DNA from: an uncultured Candidatus Actinomarina sp.
GTDB taxonomy: Bacteria; Actinomycetota; Acidimicrobiia; Actinomarinales; Actinomarinaceae
Direction of reading: 5' to 3'
Assembly: GCA_902565645.1 (NCBI GenBank)
Contig: CACFFJ010000001.1
Location: 102,193-166,192, forward strand
DNA length: 64,000 nucleotides
The notes below the pieces were generated by a model. It was not told where the DNA came from, made no database searches, and saw only the letters and a list, made by a program, of their open reading frames with translations. The position numbers were made by a program, and so were the translations under genes. This document shows positions 9,459-18,424 of the stretch, piece after piece; position 1 is the first letter of the stretch; each line of letters starts with the position of its first letter.

Positions 9459-10468
9459 TTTCCAAATATTTGCACAACCATTAACCCTGTTGGACCAGAT
9501 ACAACCCCTACACCAACTCTCCTAAACTCAATCCCTAATATTGTCTTTTTATGAGATTCAGAAGTCATCAAACTTTCGTGCGCCGAATAAATGGTTGAAG
9601 AAATAGCTAAATTCTCACCAACATCAGAAATTCTGAATCCTATTTCATTTAACCTATCTATAGCTTGATAGCCATTGGTGGGATCCTGATGGCACCAAAA
9701 TCCCTCTGAATACATCTTTAATGCATAATTTTTTGCAACATTTGAAAACTCTTGATTGAATTGAAGTGGATCTAAATCCTCATTTATTCTTTCTATATTA
9801 ATAAGGTCAAACATTATTAGAGCTTCCTCATCTTTTGAAATTAATTTTGATAAAGGCTCAGAAGGTATTTCCAAACAACCAAATTCATCAACAACTACAG
9901 ATGAGCTTCCTGTTAATTGTTTTATCCTATTAGTTACTTTTAATAAATCTGTACCAGTTATCAACTCTAAACTCTGTTGAGGAGTCCCTTCTGGGTCAAT
10001 ATAAAAAGAAACGAGGCTTGAACTGTCCATTCTCTCTTGAATGAAAATAGGTAATGTAAATAATGAAATAAGTGAAACAACCAAAGTAAGAATTAGGTTG
10101 CTTAAAAATAAAGAAAACACACTTCCAAGAAATTTATTGCCAAAATCTTTATCTTGCTTATTAAAACTGATCATATTTTGAATTAAAGAAAAAATTGTAA
10201 TTGATGAAGTAAATATAATTAAACCAGCAAATATTTGTGAAACTTGTTGGTTGGAGCTTAACCAACTGCCTATATAATCTCCTATAAAAAATGAATATTT
10301 GAAACTAAGAAAAATGGAAACTAATAAGCCAACTATATAAAAAACAATTAATAACGATCCCTTTTTCCAGCCAAGAACTATTAAATAAAATATAAAAATA
10401 TAGATTAATATATCTAAATAATCCTGATTATTAAGGAAAACGAGTATATTTTCTAATAATTCTGTCAT
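9455..10468 (-). CDS. CvpA-family membrane protein fused to a C-terminal CAP/SCP (PR-1-like) domain
   Basis: 337 aa. The N-terminal ~150 aa form a 4-TM CvpA-like region. The C-terminal ~120 aa (NYALKMYSEGFWCHQDP...GENLA...HKKTILGIEFRRVGVGV) resemble the CAP/SCP fold. Confidence 0.6.
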   Translation of the reverse strand: MTELLENILVFLNNQDYLDILIYIFIFYLIVLGWKKGSLLIVFYIVGLLVSIFLSFKYSFFIGDYIGSWLSSNQQVSQIFAGLIIFTSSITIFSLIQNMISFNKQDKDFGNKFLGSVFSLFLSNLILTLVVSLISLFTLPIFIQERMDSSSLVSFYIDPEGTPQQSLELITGTDLLKVTNRIKQLTGSSSVVVDEFGCLEIPSEPLSKLISKDEEALIMFDLINIERINEDLDPLQFNQEFSNVAKNYALKMYSEGFWCHQDPTNGYQAIDRLNEIGFRISDVGENLAISSTIYSAHESLMTSESHKKTILGIEFRRVGVGVVSGPTGLMVVQIFGK

Positions 10469-10579
10469 AATTTAATTTTTTTTAATCTGCTATTGAAGAG
10501 TACTAAAATCACGCTATTGTTGTAATACATTCCTACAAATTATGTGGGAATTTTTTTTCAGTGACTGAAAGGGAAAAAT

Positions 10580-11878
10580 ATGAGAAATCGCAAAGCGATT
10601 GCATTATTTGCAATATTAGCGATTTTCGCAGCAGCCTGTGGTGGTGGATCTACAGCTGATGAAGTAGTTGAGGAAGCTCCAGAAACAACTGAAGCACCAG
10701 CTACAACAGCAGCTCCTACTACAACAGCTGCGCCTGTAGAAACTAACGATCCTTTGGTATTGGCATCACTTATGCCTTTATCTGGTGATTTAGCATTTCT
10801 TGGCCCTGGTATTGCACTAGGTGCGGCACTTGCTATTGAGCATGTAAATGCAGCTGGCGGTGTTAATGGACAGCCTGTCGTCTTGTTAGAAGGCGATAGT
10901 GGTTGTGATGGAGCTGTAGCTTTGACAAGCCTTCAAGATGTTATTGCTCAAGGAGCGCAAGGAGTTATGGGTGCTGCATGTAGTGGTACTTCACTTGCAA
11001 TTCTTGACACAGCAATTGGAGCTGGAGTCGTTATGGTCTCCCCATCAAACACCAGTCCTCAGTTTACAAAAATGGACAAAAAAGGATTATACGCAAGAAC
11101 TGCCCCATCTGACTTGTTACAAGGTCAGGTATTGGCAAAGCTTCTAGTTGATGATGGAAGAAGTACTATCTCAATCATTTCTAGAGCTGACTCTTATGGT
11201 AGAGGTCTTGCTGAAGCAACCGCATCAGCTTTTGAAGCAGCTGGTGGTGTGGTGAATACAATTGTATATCATGCAACTGATGCAACTGAATTCTCTGCTG
11301 AAGTTACAGCAGTAGGAAAAGGTAGTGTTGACGCTATAGTATCAATTCTATTCCCAGAAACTGGTTGTGGTGTGCTCAGCGTAGCATACGAACAAGGTTT
11401 GCTTGATACACCTTGGTACTTTACTGATGGTGTGAAGGACGCTCAACTTGATTCTAACTGTGGACTTAATGGTGCACTAGACGGAATGAAGGGAACAGCT
11501 CCTGGAGCAGCAGCTGGAGAAGCAATGACTAGATTTAGTGCAGCTTATGCAGCAGCTAGTGAAGATGGATCAGAGACATTTATCTTTGCTCCTCAAGCTT
11601 ATGATGCAGCAATGTTGATGGTATTATCAGCTATTGCAAATGGAGTTACTGGAACAGAAATTGGTTCTGGACTTGTTGCAGCTTCTGGTGGAGGTACACC
11701 ATGTATTGGTGTTGACTGTATGCCACTTGCAGCAGCAGGAGAAGACTTCGATTATGTTGGAGCATCAGGAGATATCATGCTAGATGCAAATGGTGACCCA
11801 ACAGCTGCCACATATGATATTTGGCAAATTAGTGGAGATGAAAATCCGACTTTAGAATCAGTAGATTTTAAGCCGTAA
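10580..11878 (+). CDS. ABC transporter substrate-binding lipoprotein, branched-chain amino-acid (LivJ/K, Peripla_BP_6) family
   Basis: 432 aa with a signal peptide and lipobox (FAAACGGG), a Pro/Thr/Ala linker, then a type-I periplasmic-binding fold. It converges on the livHMGF operon. Confidence 0.85.
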   Translation: MRNRKAIALFAILAIFAAACGGGSTADEVVEEAPETTEAPATTAAPTTTAAPVETNDPLVLASLMPLSGDLAFLGPGIALGAALAIEHVNAAGGVNGQPVVLLEGDSGCDGAVALTSLQDVIAQGAQGVMGAACSGTSLAILDTAIGAGVVMVSPSNTSPQFTKMDKKGLYARTAPSDLLQGQVLAKLLVDDGRSTISIISRADSYGRGLAEATASAFEAAGGVVNTIVYHATDATEFSAEVTAVGKGSVDAIVSILFPETGCGVLSVAYEQGLLDTPWYFTDGVKDAQLDSNCGLNGALDGMKGTAPGAAAGEAMTRFSAAYAAASEDGSETFIFAPQAYDAAMLMVLSAIANGVTGTEIGSGLVAASGGGTPCIGVDCMPLAAAGEDFDYVGASGDIMLDANGDPTAATYDIWQISGDENPTLESVDFKP

Positions 11879-11895
11879 GAATCTCTAAATAATTT

Positions 11896-11927
11896 AAAAA
11901 AGGCCTGTGAAAACGGGCCTTTTTTTT
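11896..11927. terminator. bidirectional intrinsic terminator
   Basis: AAAAAAGGCCTG-TGAAAA-CGGGCCTTTTTTTT: a GC stem flanked by an A-run and a T-run. It sits between a convergent gene pair. Confidence 0.75.
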
Positions 11928-12642
11928 ATAGTTTACCTAGATACAAATCTACAACTCTTGGATCGTTTAATAGCTCTGATCCTTCACCCTGGTAAGCGTT
12001 TCTACCTTGATCTAAAACATAGCCTCTATTACTAAAACTTAGAGCTCTCTTTGCATTTTGCTCTACTAATAATATAGAAACTCCTTTGTCATTTATTTCT
12101 TTTATTGTTGTAAATACTTCGTTTATAGCAACAGGTGAAAGTCCCGCGGATGGCTCATCTAACAAAAGTAACTTTGGAGAAGTGACTAAAGATCTTGCTA
12201 ATGCAAGTATCTGTCTTTGTCCTCCTGATAAATTCCCAGCTTTTTCTTTTTTTCTTTCGTCAAGCATCGGAAAATCTTCTAATGTCTTCTTTATGGTACT
12301 TTTTCTAGATTTGTTTAATGACCAAGCTCCAATTTCTAAATTTTCTTCAATTGTTAATGAAGGGAAAACATTTTCAACCTGTGGAACATAACCTATCCCT
12401 TGATTTACTATTTTATGAGTAGACAAATTAGTCTTATCGGAGCCATTAATATAAAACCTTCCGGCAGATACATTGATTAATCCCATTATTGCTTTTAACA
12501 ATGTTGACTTCCCTGCTCCGTTAGGGCCAATGATTGAAACAATTTCACCTTCAGAGACAACCAAATCTACTCCTTGTAATATGTTAAGTCCTTTTACATA
12601 TCCAGCAGCTATACCATTGCATTCCAATATTGCTTTACTCAT
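11926..12642 (-). CDS. livF: branched-chain amino-acid ABC transporter ATP-binding protein
   Basis: Walker A GPNGAGKST, signature LSGGQRQ and Walker B LLLDEP. I prefer the ATG at 12642, preceded by GGAGG and overlapping the livG stop (ATGAGTAA). The ORF track gives GTG 12648. Confidence 0.9.
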   Translation of the reverse strand: MSKAILECNGIAAGYVKGLNILQGVDLVVSEGEIVSIIGPNGAGKSTLLKAIMGLINVSAGRFYINGSDKTNLSTHKIVNQGIGYVPQVENVFPSLTIEENLEIGAWSLNKSRKSTIKKTLEDFPMLDERKKEKAGNLSGGQRQILALARSLVTSPKLLLLDEPSAGLSPVAINEVFTTIKEINDKGVSILLVEQNAKRALSFSNRGYVLDQGRNAYQGEGSELLNDPRVVDLYLGKL

Positions 12643-13405
12643 CACCACCTCCTAAATAAGCTTCAATTACTTTCTTGTTTTCTCTTACTTCTTGAGGAAG
12701 TCCGTCAGCTATTAATGATCCTTCGGCTAAAACAATAACTCTTTCAGAAATTTTCATTACTGCCTCAATATTGTGCTCCACCATTAAAATTGTTATTCCA
12801 TCATTTGAAAGTTTTTCTATTATTTCAAGTATTTCTTCAGTAAGTTTTGGATTTACACCAGCTAATGGTTCATCCAGCAAAAGAACATCTGGTTTTCTTA
12901 TTATTGAACGTCCTAACTCTAACAATTTTTTTTGTCCTCCTGAAAGCTCTCTAGCGTAAGCATTTGACATTTGTTCAATATTGAGATCTTTCATAACTCT
13001 TAATGCTTCTTCTTCTAGTGAGTTTTCATAATTTTTCTGTTTTGGAAATTGGATAATTGATTGAAATAAAGAATCATTTGAGATGTTAGATCCGGCGAAC
13101 ATTAAGTTCTCTAAAACAGTCATCCTGTCAAAAACTTTCGTTAACTGAAATGTTCTTACCATTCCTAACCTTGCAATTTTATGTGGTTGGCTTTTAGTTA
13201 TGTTTTTCTCTTGGTAAAATATTTCTCCACTATCTTCTTCTTGGAAGCCAGAAATTAAATCAAAAAGAGTCGTTTTCCCGGCACCATTAGGTCCTATTAT
13301 CGAAGTAAGTTCATTTTTGTTAAAAATAAGATTATCAATATCTACTGCTTTTACACCACCAAAACTTTTCTTAAGATTATTTACTCTCATTAAACTACTT
13401 GACAT
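12635..13405 (-). CDS. livG: branched-chain amino-acid ABC transporter ATP-binding protein
   Basis: GPNGAGKTT, LSGGQKK and LLLDEP, with the LivG-type C-terminus (EAYLGG). Confidence 0.9.
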   Translation of the reverse strand: MSSSLMRVNNLKKSFGGVKAVDIDNLIFNKNELTSIIGPNGAGKTTLFDLISGFQEEDSGEIFYQEKNITKSQPHKIARLGMVRTFQLTKVFDRMTVLENLMFAGSNISNDSLFQSIIQFPKQKNYENSLEEEALRVMKDLNIEQMSNAYARELSGGQKKLLELGRSIIRKPDVLLLDEPLAGVNPKLTEEILEIIEKLSNDGITILMVEHNIEAVMKISERVIVLAEGSLIADGLPQEVRENKKVIEAYLGGGDE

Positions 13406-14450
13406 TTAACAACAGCTCCTCTTTCTTGCCTAATAAGCCACTTGGTCTGAAAATCATTAAAATCATTATTAATAAACCAACTAAAACAAACCTCACCCCT
13501 GCTAATTGTTGACCATTTGCATTTTCAAATATTAAAGCAGCTAATCTATCTGTTTCTGAGATTATTACCCAAAAAATAACAGAGCCAAATACAGGACCAC
13601 TTAAACTCCCTACACCTCCAAGAATCATTATTGCCCATACATAAAAAGTAAGTAAGGGCACAAAAAGTGTTGTTTGAAGTGAACCATAATTAAATGCTAA
13701 AAAGACTCCTGCTAAACCTGCAATTCCTGCGCCTAACATAAAACTTTGTAGTTTGAGCCAAACAGCATTTTTCCCTAAAGCTCTTACAGCGTCTTCATCT
13801 TCTCTTACCGCTCTTAAAGCTCGCCCCCAAGGAGAACTGTTAAGTCTTTTTAATAACAACAAAACAAAAAATATTGAAACCCAGGAGAGAAACCCGACCC
13901 AAATCTGTCCTGCATTTAAATCATACTTAGAAACAAATGTCTCAATAAAATTAGGCCTGTATTTCTGAAGAGAGTCCGAAAAGTTTATTATCCCGTATAC
14001 ACCTCCCGTAACTGACTCTAGGTCTCTAACTAAAAGTCTAAATATTTCAGCTGCAGCGATTGTTACTATAGCTAAGTAGTCACCTCTTAGTCGTATCGCT
14101 GGTAACCCTAGTAATAAGCCAAATAGTGAAGCAGATAAAATACCGATAACCAAAGCTAATAAAAAAGGTAGCCCCGTTTCAGTTATTTGGCCTTCTCTAC
14201 CAGCTGCGTGGGGTATAAGGAGTAATGTAACATAGGCCCCAACACCCATAAATGATGCGTGTCCAAAATTTAATAGTCCTGTTAAACCAAAATGAACATT
14301 TAAGCCAATCGCAGCAAGTCCATAAATTCCAGCAAAAGTTAAAACATTGAAAAGTATTCTAAGCTGCCCTTCAGGATTTAGTGCAAAAACCATATAAATT
14401 GAAAAAGAAGTTAGCACTACTGTAACTATCCATTTAACCGAAAGTTTCAC
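13395..14450 (-). CDS. livM: branched-chain amino-acid ABC transporter permease
   Basis: 351 aa polytopic membrane protein of LivM type, in operon context. Confidence 0.85.
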   Translation of the reverse strand: MKLSVKWIVTVVLTSFSIYMVFALNPEGQLRILFNVLTFAGIYGLAAIGLNVHFGLTGLLNFGHASFMGVGAYVTLLLIPHAAGREGQITETGLPFLLALVIGILSASLFGLLLGLPAIRLRGDYLAIVTIAAAEIFRLLVRDLESVTGGVYGIINFSDSLQKYRPNFIETFVSKYDLNAGQIWVGFLSWVSIFFVLLLLKRLNSSPWGRALRAVREDEDAVRALGKNAVWLKLQSFMLGAGIAGLAGVFLAFNYGSLQTTLFVPLLTFYVWAIMILGGVGSLSGPVFGSVIFWVIISETDRLAALIFENANGQQLAGVRFVLVGLLIMILMIFRPSGLLGKKEELLLNVK

Positions 14451-15364
14451 GAAATTCTCTCTTTTTCTCCAAATATTCCTTGAGGTCTAAATAGTAAAAT
14501 TAAAATCATAATTGCTAGTGCAACTGCATTTTTGGCTTCAGTATGTCCTTCCATAAATGGTAAAGCAACGGAAACTTGAACAAAAATTCCTATTAATAAT
14601 CCACCTACCATAGCACCAAATGATGTACCTATTCCCCCAAGTACAGTTCCAGCAAATATAAGTAATAAAATTAGAAAACCCATGTTGTATCTAACGTCAT
14701 TAATAATCGCTTGAAAAATACCTGCCAAGCCTGCAAGCATACTGGATGATATCCAGGTAAATAAGATTATATTGTCCGAATTAATTCCAGAAACACTTGC
14801 TAATTCGCTTGAATCTCTAACAGCTCTCATGGCCTTACCCATACGAGTAAATGTTAAGAATAAACCAATTATGATCATTACTACTAATCCAGCAATCAAT
14901 ACTTTGAAATTTCTTGGAGTCATGTCAAAAAATAAATATGTCTGCCTTCTTTCTAATCCAAGTGGAAAATCTTGAACTTTGCCGGTTGCAAATAAAAGAT
15001 AGAAGTGGCGAATAAATATTGACAATCCGATTGTCACAACTAAAACGGCTATATTCCCAACCTCTGCTTTTCTCAAAGGCCTAAACAAAAATAACTCAAG
15101 CAGGGCTCCAAATAAACCACAAAATAATATTGCTATTATTACCGAAGTACTGAAACTTACACCTAAAGGAGAAAACCTATCAAGAAAAAGAACTTTGGAA
15201 TCTACGGGTGCTGAGAAAAATAAAGTAACTATAGCTCCTAAAGCTATAACCTCGCCATGAGCAAAGTTAACTATCCTGGTAACCCCATACAAGAGAGACA
15301 AAGCAACAGAAGCAACAGAAATTATTATCCCTAATAACAGACCGTTCCCTAGTTGATCTAGCAT
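14447..15364 (-). CDS. livH: branched-chain amino-acid ABC transporter permease
   Basis: 305 aa with a LivH-type N-terminus (MLDQLGNGLLLG...NFAHGE). Confidence 0.85.
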   Translation of the reverse strand: MLDQLGNGLLLGIIISVASVALSLLYGVTRIVNFAHGEVIALGAIVTLFFSAPVDSKVLFLDRFSPLGVSFSTSVIIAILFCGLFGALLELFLFRPLRKAEVGNIAVLVVTIGLSIFIRHFYLLFATGKVQDFPLGLERRQTYLFFDMTPRNFKVLIAGLVVMIIIGLFLTFTRMGKAMRAVRDSSELASVSGINSDNIILFTWISSSMLAGLAGIFQAIINDVRYNMGFLILLLIFAGTVLGGIGTSFGAMVGGLLIGIFVQVSVALPFMEGHTEAKNAVALAIMILILLFRPQGIFGEKERIS

Positions 15365-15373
15365 TTTATAATT

Positions 15374-16219
15374 TTATTCATTCTTAAATACTACTTTCGA
15401 TCCATCAATTATTTCAATCTCTAATTTGTATGTTTCGTCTATTTGGTTCAATGTACCAATAGTAGCGTTAAACCAAGAATCGGGAAATTGAGCATTTCCC
15501 TTTACTACAATAGGAAGGTTTGTAGAGACAATAACTTCAAATTCACCATTTAGAACCAACTTTGTTAATTCTAAATTTGAACCTAGGTTGAGCTGACCAG
15601 TTCCTGAGATGAATGAAGGTGAAAGCCTAAGATTGTCTAAATTAATTTTTGAATCAACAGAAAAAAGATTTAACTGCCAAAGGTTATCGGAACCAAGTCC
15701 TATTGTCCATCCTTTTACCTTAAGTAAAGTACTTGTCTCAATTTGCCTAAATATTATAGCCCTAGGTTCGCCTAAAAGAGTCTCGACAGTCTCTGGGTAT
15801 CCTGATTTTCCTGGCTTATCAATAATATCAACTTTGTAACCGTTTCCTAAAAATGAAACAAGTTCAATTGAATTATTTTCATCTATGTAAAGTTGATATT
15901 CAAAATTTTCATCCAAATTCATATTTTCAAAATCTGAATCATAAGAATAGGTTGTCAGAAAATTTGCTTCTAATAAATGTGCAATATGAAAAAAGAGAGA
16001 AACTGCAATTAAAAAAGAATAACTATAAACAATAATCTGTTCTTTGTATTCTGTATTTCTTGTAGTTATTAGGAATATTAAAGGAAAAATAATTAGAGGC
16101 CAGTAATCTAAGTAATCATAAAGGATAGATGGTCTCAAAAATCCAAAAAATACCATAGATAACTGAAGAACAATAATTATTCCAAGGGTAAATTTTATTG
16201 TAGTTTGATAATTTCTCAC
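15374..16219 (-). CDS. hypothetical membrane protein (3 TM plus beta-rich C-terminal domain, LiaF/toastrack-like?)
   Basis: 281 aa. It starts 4 nt downstream of tRNA-Thr and ends 10 nt upstream of livH. The C-terminal repetitive L-x-L/beta pattern is only suggestive of a toastrack fold. Confidence 0.5.
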   Translation of the reverse strand: MRNYQTTIKFTLGIIIVLQLSMVFFGFLRPSILYDYLDYWPLIIFPLIFLITTRNTEYKEQIIVYSYSFLIAVSLFFHIAHLLEANFLTTYSYDSDFENMNLDENFEYQLYIDENNSIELVSFLGNGYKVDIIDKPGKSGYPETVETLLGEPRAIIFRQIETSTLLKVKGWTIGLGSDNLWQLNLFSVDSKINLDNLRLSPSFISGTGQLNLGSNLELTKLVLNGEFEVIVSTNLPIVVKGNAQFPDSWFNATIGTLNQIDETYKLEIEIIDGSKVVFKNE

Positions 16220-16223
16220 TTAG

Positions 16224-16296
16224 AGCCGGAGAGGGGAGTCGAACCCCTGACCTGCCGATTACAAGTCGGCTGCTCTGGCCACTGAGCTACTCCGGC
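16224..16296 (-). tRNA. tRNA-Thr (anticodon UGU)
   Basis: Hand-folded cloverleaf: acceptor GCCGGAG/CTCCGGC, D arm GCTC/GAGC, anticodon stem GCCGA/TCGGC with loop CTTGTAA, and T arm AGGGG-TTCGACT-CCCCT. It is 73 nt and CCA is not encoded. Confidence 0.95.
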
Positions 16297-16335
16297 GAAT
16301 AGTAAAATAATAGCAAATAAAAAAAATCAGTTAAT

Positions 16336-17064
16336 TTATTTTTTAATAAATATTTGATTCATTGCTATTGCTGCTGCTGCAGAAACATTTAATGATTCCA
16401 TATCTTTAGTCATTTCAATTCTACAAACAATATCTAGTTTATTTTTCACTTCACTACTAAGTCCAGTTTCTTCTGGTCCTAAAAATATTGCGATATTTTG
16501 TTTACCTAAATTTACATCATTAATCTCTTCTGTTCCGTCAGCATCAAGGCCAATAGTCCAAATATCTAGTGAATTTAATTTTTTAATTAATGAAAAAATA
16601 GAATTGTAATATAAAATCTTAACCTTTTCTAAACCTCCTGAAGAAATTGAAAATACTTTATCACTTAACTTTACTGATCGTTTTAATGGAACAGCTAAAA
16701 CACCGAAATTAAATGCAGCAGCACTTCTTGCAATAGCTCCTAAATTATTTGTGTCCTGTATATGATCACAAACTATAAAATTAGAACTCTTAAATTCACT
16801 TAACTGTGACTCTTTATAAGTTTGTACTGATTCACAAATAGCTACAATTGAATGCCTAGTGCTATACTCCCAATTGCTTTTAGCACCTACCTGAGATATT
16901 TTTATATTACTCTCTTCTGCTTTTGTTAATAATGATGAAAATTTACTTTTTTTGTTATTACTTTTTAAGTATCTTATCTCAATTACTCGATTTGACTCTA
17001 AAGCAGCTTCAATAGCATTGCTACCTTCAACTATTCTTCCAAGACCAGCCATTTTCTGTTCCAT
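16336..17064 (-). CDS. rlmB: TrmH/SpoU-family RNA 2'-O-methyltransferase (RlmB-like)
   Basis: 242 aa with SpoU methylase motifs (NLGAIARSAAAF, LNVSAAAAI). It follows cysS as in other Actinobacteria. The start is uncertain (17064 or 17052). Confidence 0.8.
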   Translation of the reverse strand: MEQKMAGLGRIVEGSNAIEAALESNRVIEIRYLKSNNKKSKFSSLLTKAEESNIKISQVGAKSNWEYSTRHSIVAICESVQTYKESQLSEFKSSNFIVCDHIQDTNNLGAIARSAAAFNFGVLAVPLKRSVKLSDKVFSISSGGLEKVKILYYNSIFSLIKKLNSLDIWTIGLDADGTEEINDVNLGKQNIAIFLGPEETGLSSEVKNKLDIVCRIEMTKDMESLNVSAAAAIAMNQIFIKK

Positions 17065-18424
17065 CTTCTATGCTTATTCCGAGTTCTAATATGCTTTCTC
17101 TCATTTCGTCTGCAGCTTTATATTCTTTTTTCTTTCTTAAATTTTCACGCTTCGCTATATACTCATTTATTGAATCATCAATATTACTGAATTTAATTTC
17201 ATATTTTTTAAAGAAGTTAATTAAATCTTCATCTGTGTTTTTTTGTCTTTTTTCTTTTAAGAAATTAAAGCCTAAAATTTTAAAAATGTATTTAATGGTT
17301 GATTTCACATCTTCCAACTCTTTCTTATCGAGATCATCTGATTCATTGATTATTTTAAAAATCTCTCCAATCAATTTTGGAGTGTTTAGATCTTCGTTCA
17401 TTGAGTCTTCAAATATTTTTAATAGATCATTGTTCTTTGGGGCTGCTTCTTCATTTTCAGTAAAGTGAATCAACTTATTTAATGTAGATTCTGACTCTTT
17501 TAATAATTCTTCACTAAACTCTTGGGGACTTCTATATTGTGACCTTAAAAAGAAAAATCGTACAGCTTCTCCACCAAACTGATCTAAATATTCATTCAAT
17601 AATTTAATATTCCCTTCAGATTTTGACATTTTTTGGCCTGATAAATTCAACATCCCATTATGAAGCCAGTATTTAACAAATAATTCATTAGGGAACGCTC
17701 CTTTGGATTGGGCAATTTCATTTTCATGATGTGGAAAAATTAAATCATTTCCTCCACAATGAATATCAATGTTCTTACCAAGAATTGAATTTATCATCGA
17801 AGAGCACTCTATATGCCAACCAGGCCTTCCCTCTCCCCACGGGGATTCCCAAGAAGGTTCGTCTTCCTTAGAAAATTTCCATAACGCAAAGTCTTCTGGG
17901 GCTTTTTTGTCCTCTTCAAGGCTAATCCTGCTTCCAGACAAAACGTCTTCCTTTGTTCTGCCAGATAAATTCAAATAATCATCATATTTTGATATATCAT
18001 AGTAAATTCCAGAATCGGTTAAATAAGCAAAATCATTTTTAATTAACTTTTCAATATATCTAATAATTTCTGGAATAAATTCTGTAGCTTTTGGTTCTTT
18101 ATCTGGAGCGATACAATTAAGAGTCTTATAAGCTTTTCCGAATTCCTCAGTTACTCTCTCGCCAAGTTGAATGTATGTAATACCTTCTTCTTTTGATTTT
18201 TCAATTATCTTATCGTCGATATCAGTAATGTTGCGGACAAATGTTACTTTGTAATCCAAGTATTTTAAATACCTTACAAGAAAATCAAAAACAACTGCTG
18301 ACCTACCGTGACCTAAGTGTGGTGAAGACTGAACTGTCGGACCACATAAATAGATCTTTACCTCTTTTTTATTAAGATCAACCTCTTCAATTGAGCTGGT
18401 GTAGGAATTATGTAATTTAAGCAT
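17027..18424 (-). CDS. cysS: cysteine--tRNA ligase
   Basis: 465 aa with HLGHGRS (HIGH) and KMSKS motifs. Confidence 0.95.
   Translation of the reverse strand: MLKLHNSYTSSIEEVDLNKKEVKIYLCGPTVQSSPHLGHGRSAVVFDFLVRYLKYLDYKVTFVRNITDIDDKIIEKSKEEGITYIQLGERVTEEFGKAYKTLNCIAPDKEPKATEFIPEIIRYIEKLIKNDFAYLTDSGIYYDISKYDDYLNLSGRTKEDVLSGSRISLEEDKKAPEDFALWKFSKEDEPSWESPWGEGRPGWHIECSSMINSILGKNIDIHCGGNDLIFPHHENEIAQSKGAFPNELFVKYWLHNGMLNLSGQKMSKSEGNIKLLNEYLDQFGGEAVRFFFLRSQYRSPQEFSEELLKESESTLNKLIHFTENEEAAPKNNDLLKIFEDSMNEDLNTPKLIGEIFKIINESDDLDKKELEDVKSTIKYIFKILGFNFLKEKRQKNTDEDLINFFKKYEIKFSNIDDSINEYIAKRENLRKKKEYKAADEMRESILELGISIEDGTENGWSWKNS

Noticed and set aside
10580-11878. The high-GC SBP genes as horizontally acquired DNA.
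   Set aside because: The elevated GC tracks amino-acid composition (Ala/Gly/Thr). The genes carry the same lineage-specific linker and sit with their cognate native-looking permease operons. It is kept as a compositional finding rather than an HGT call.
16220-16300. tRNA-Thr as a possible integration site for a genomic island.
   Set aside because: There is no integrase, no direct repeat of the tRNA 3' end and no compositional shift. The flanking genes are conserved housekeeping and transport genes.
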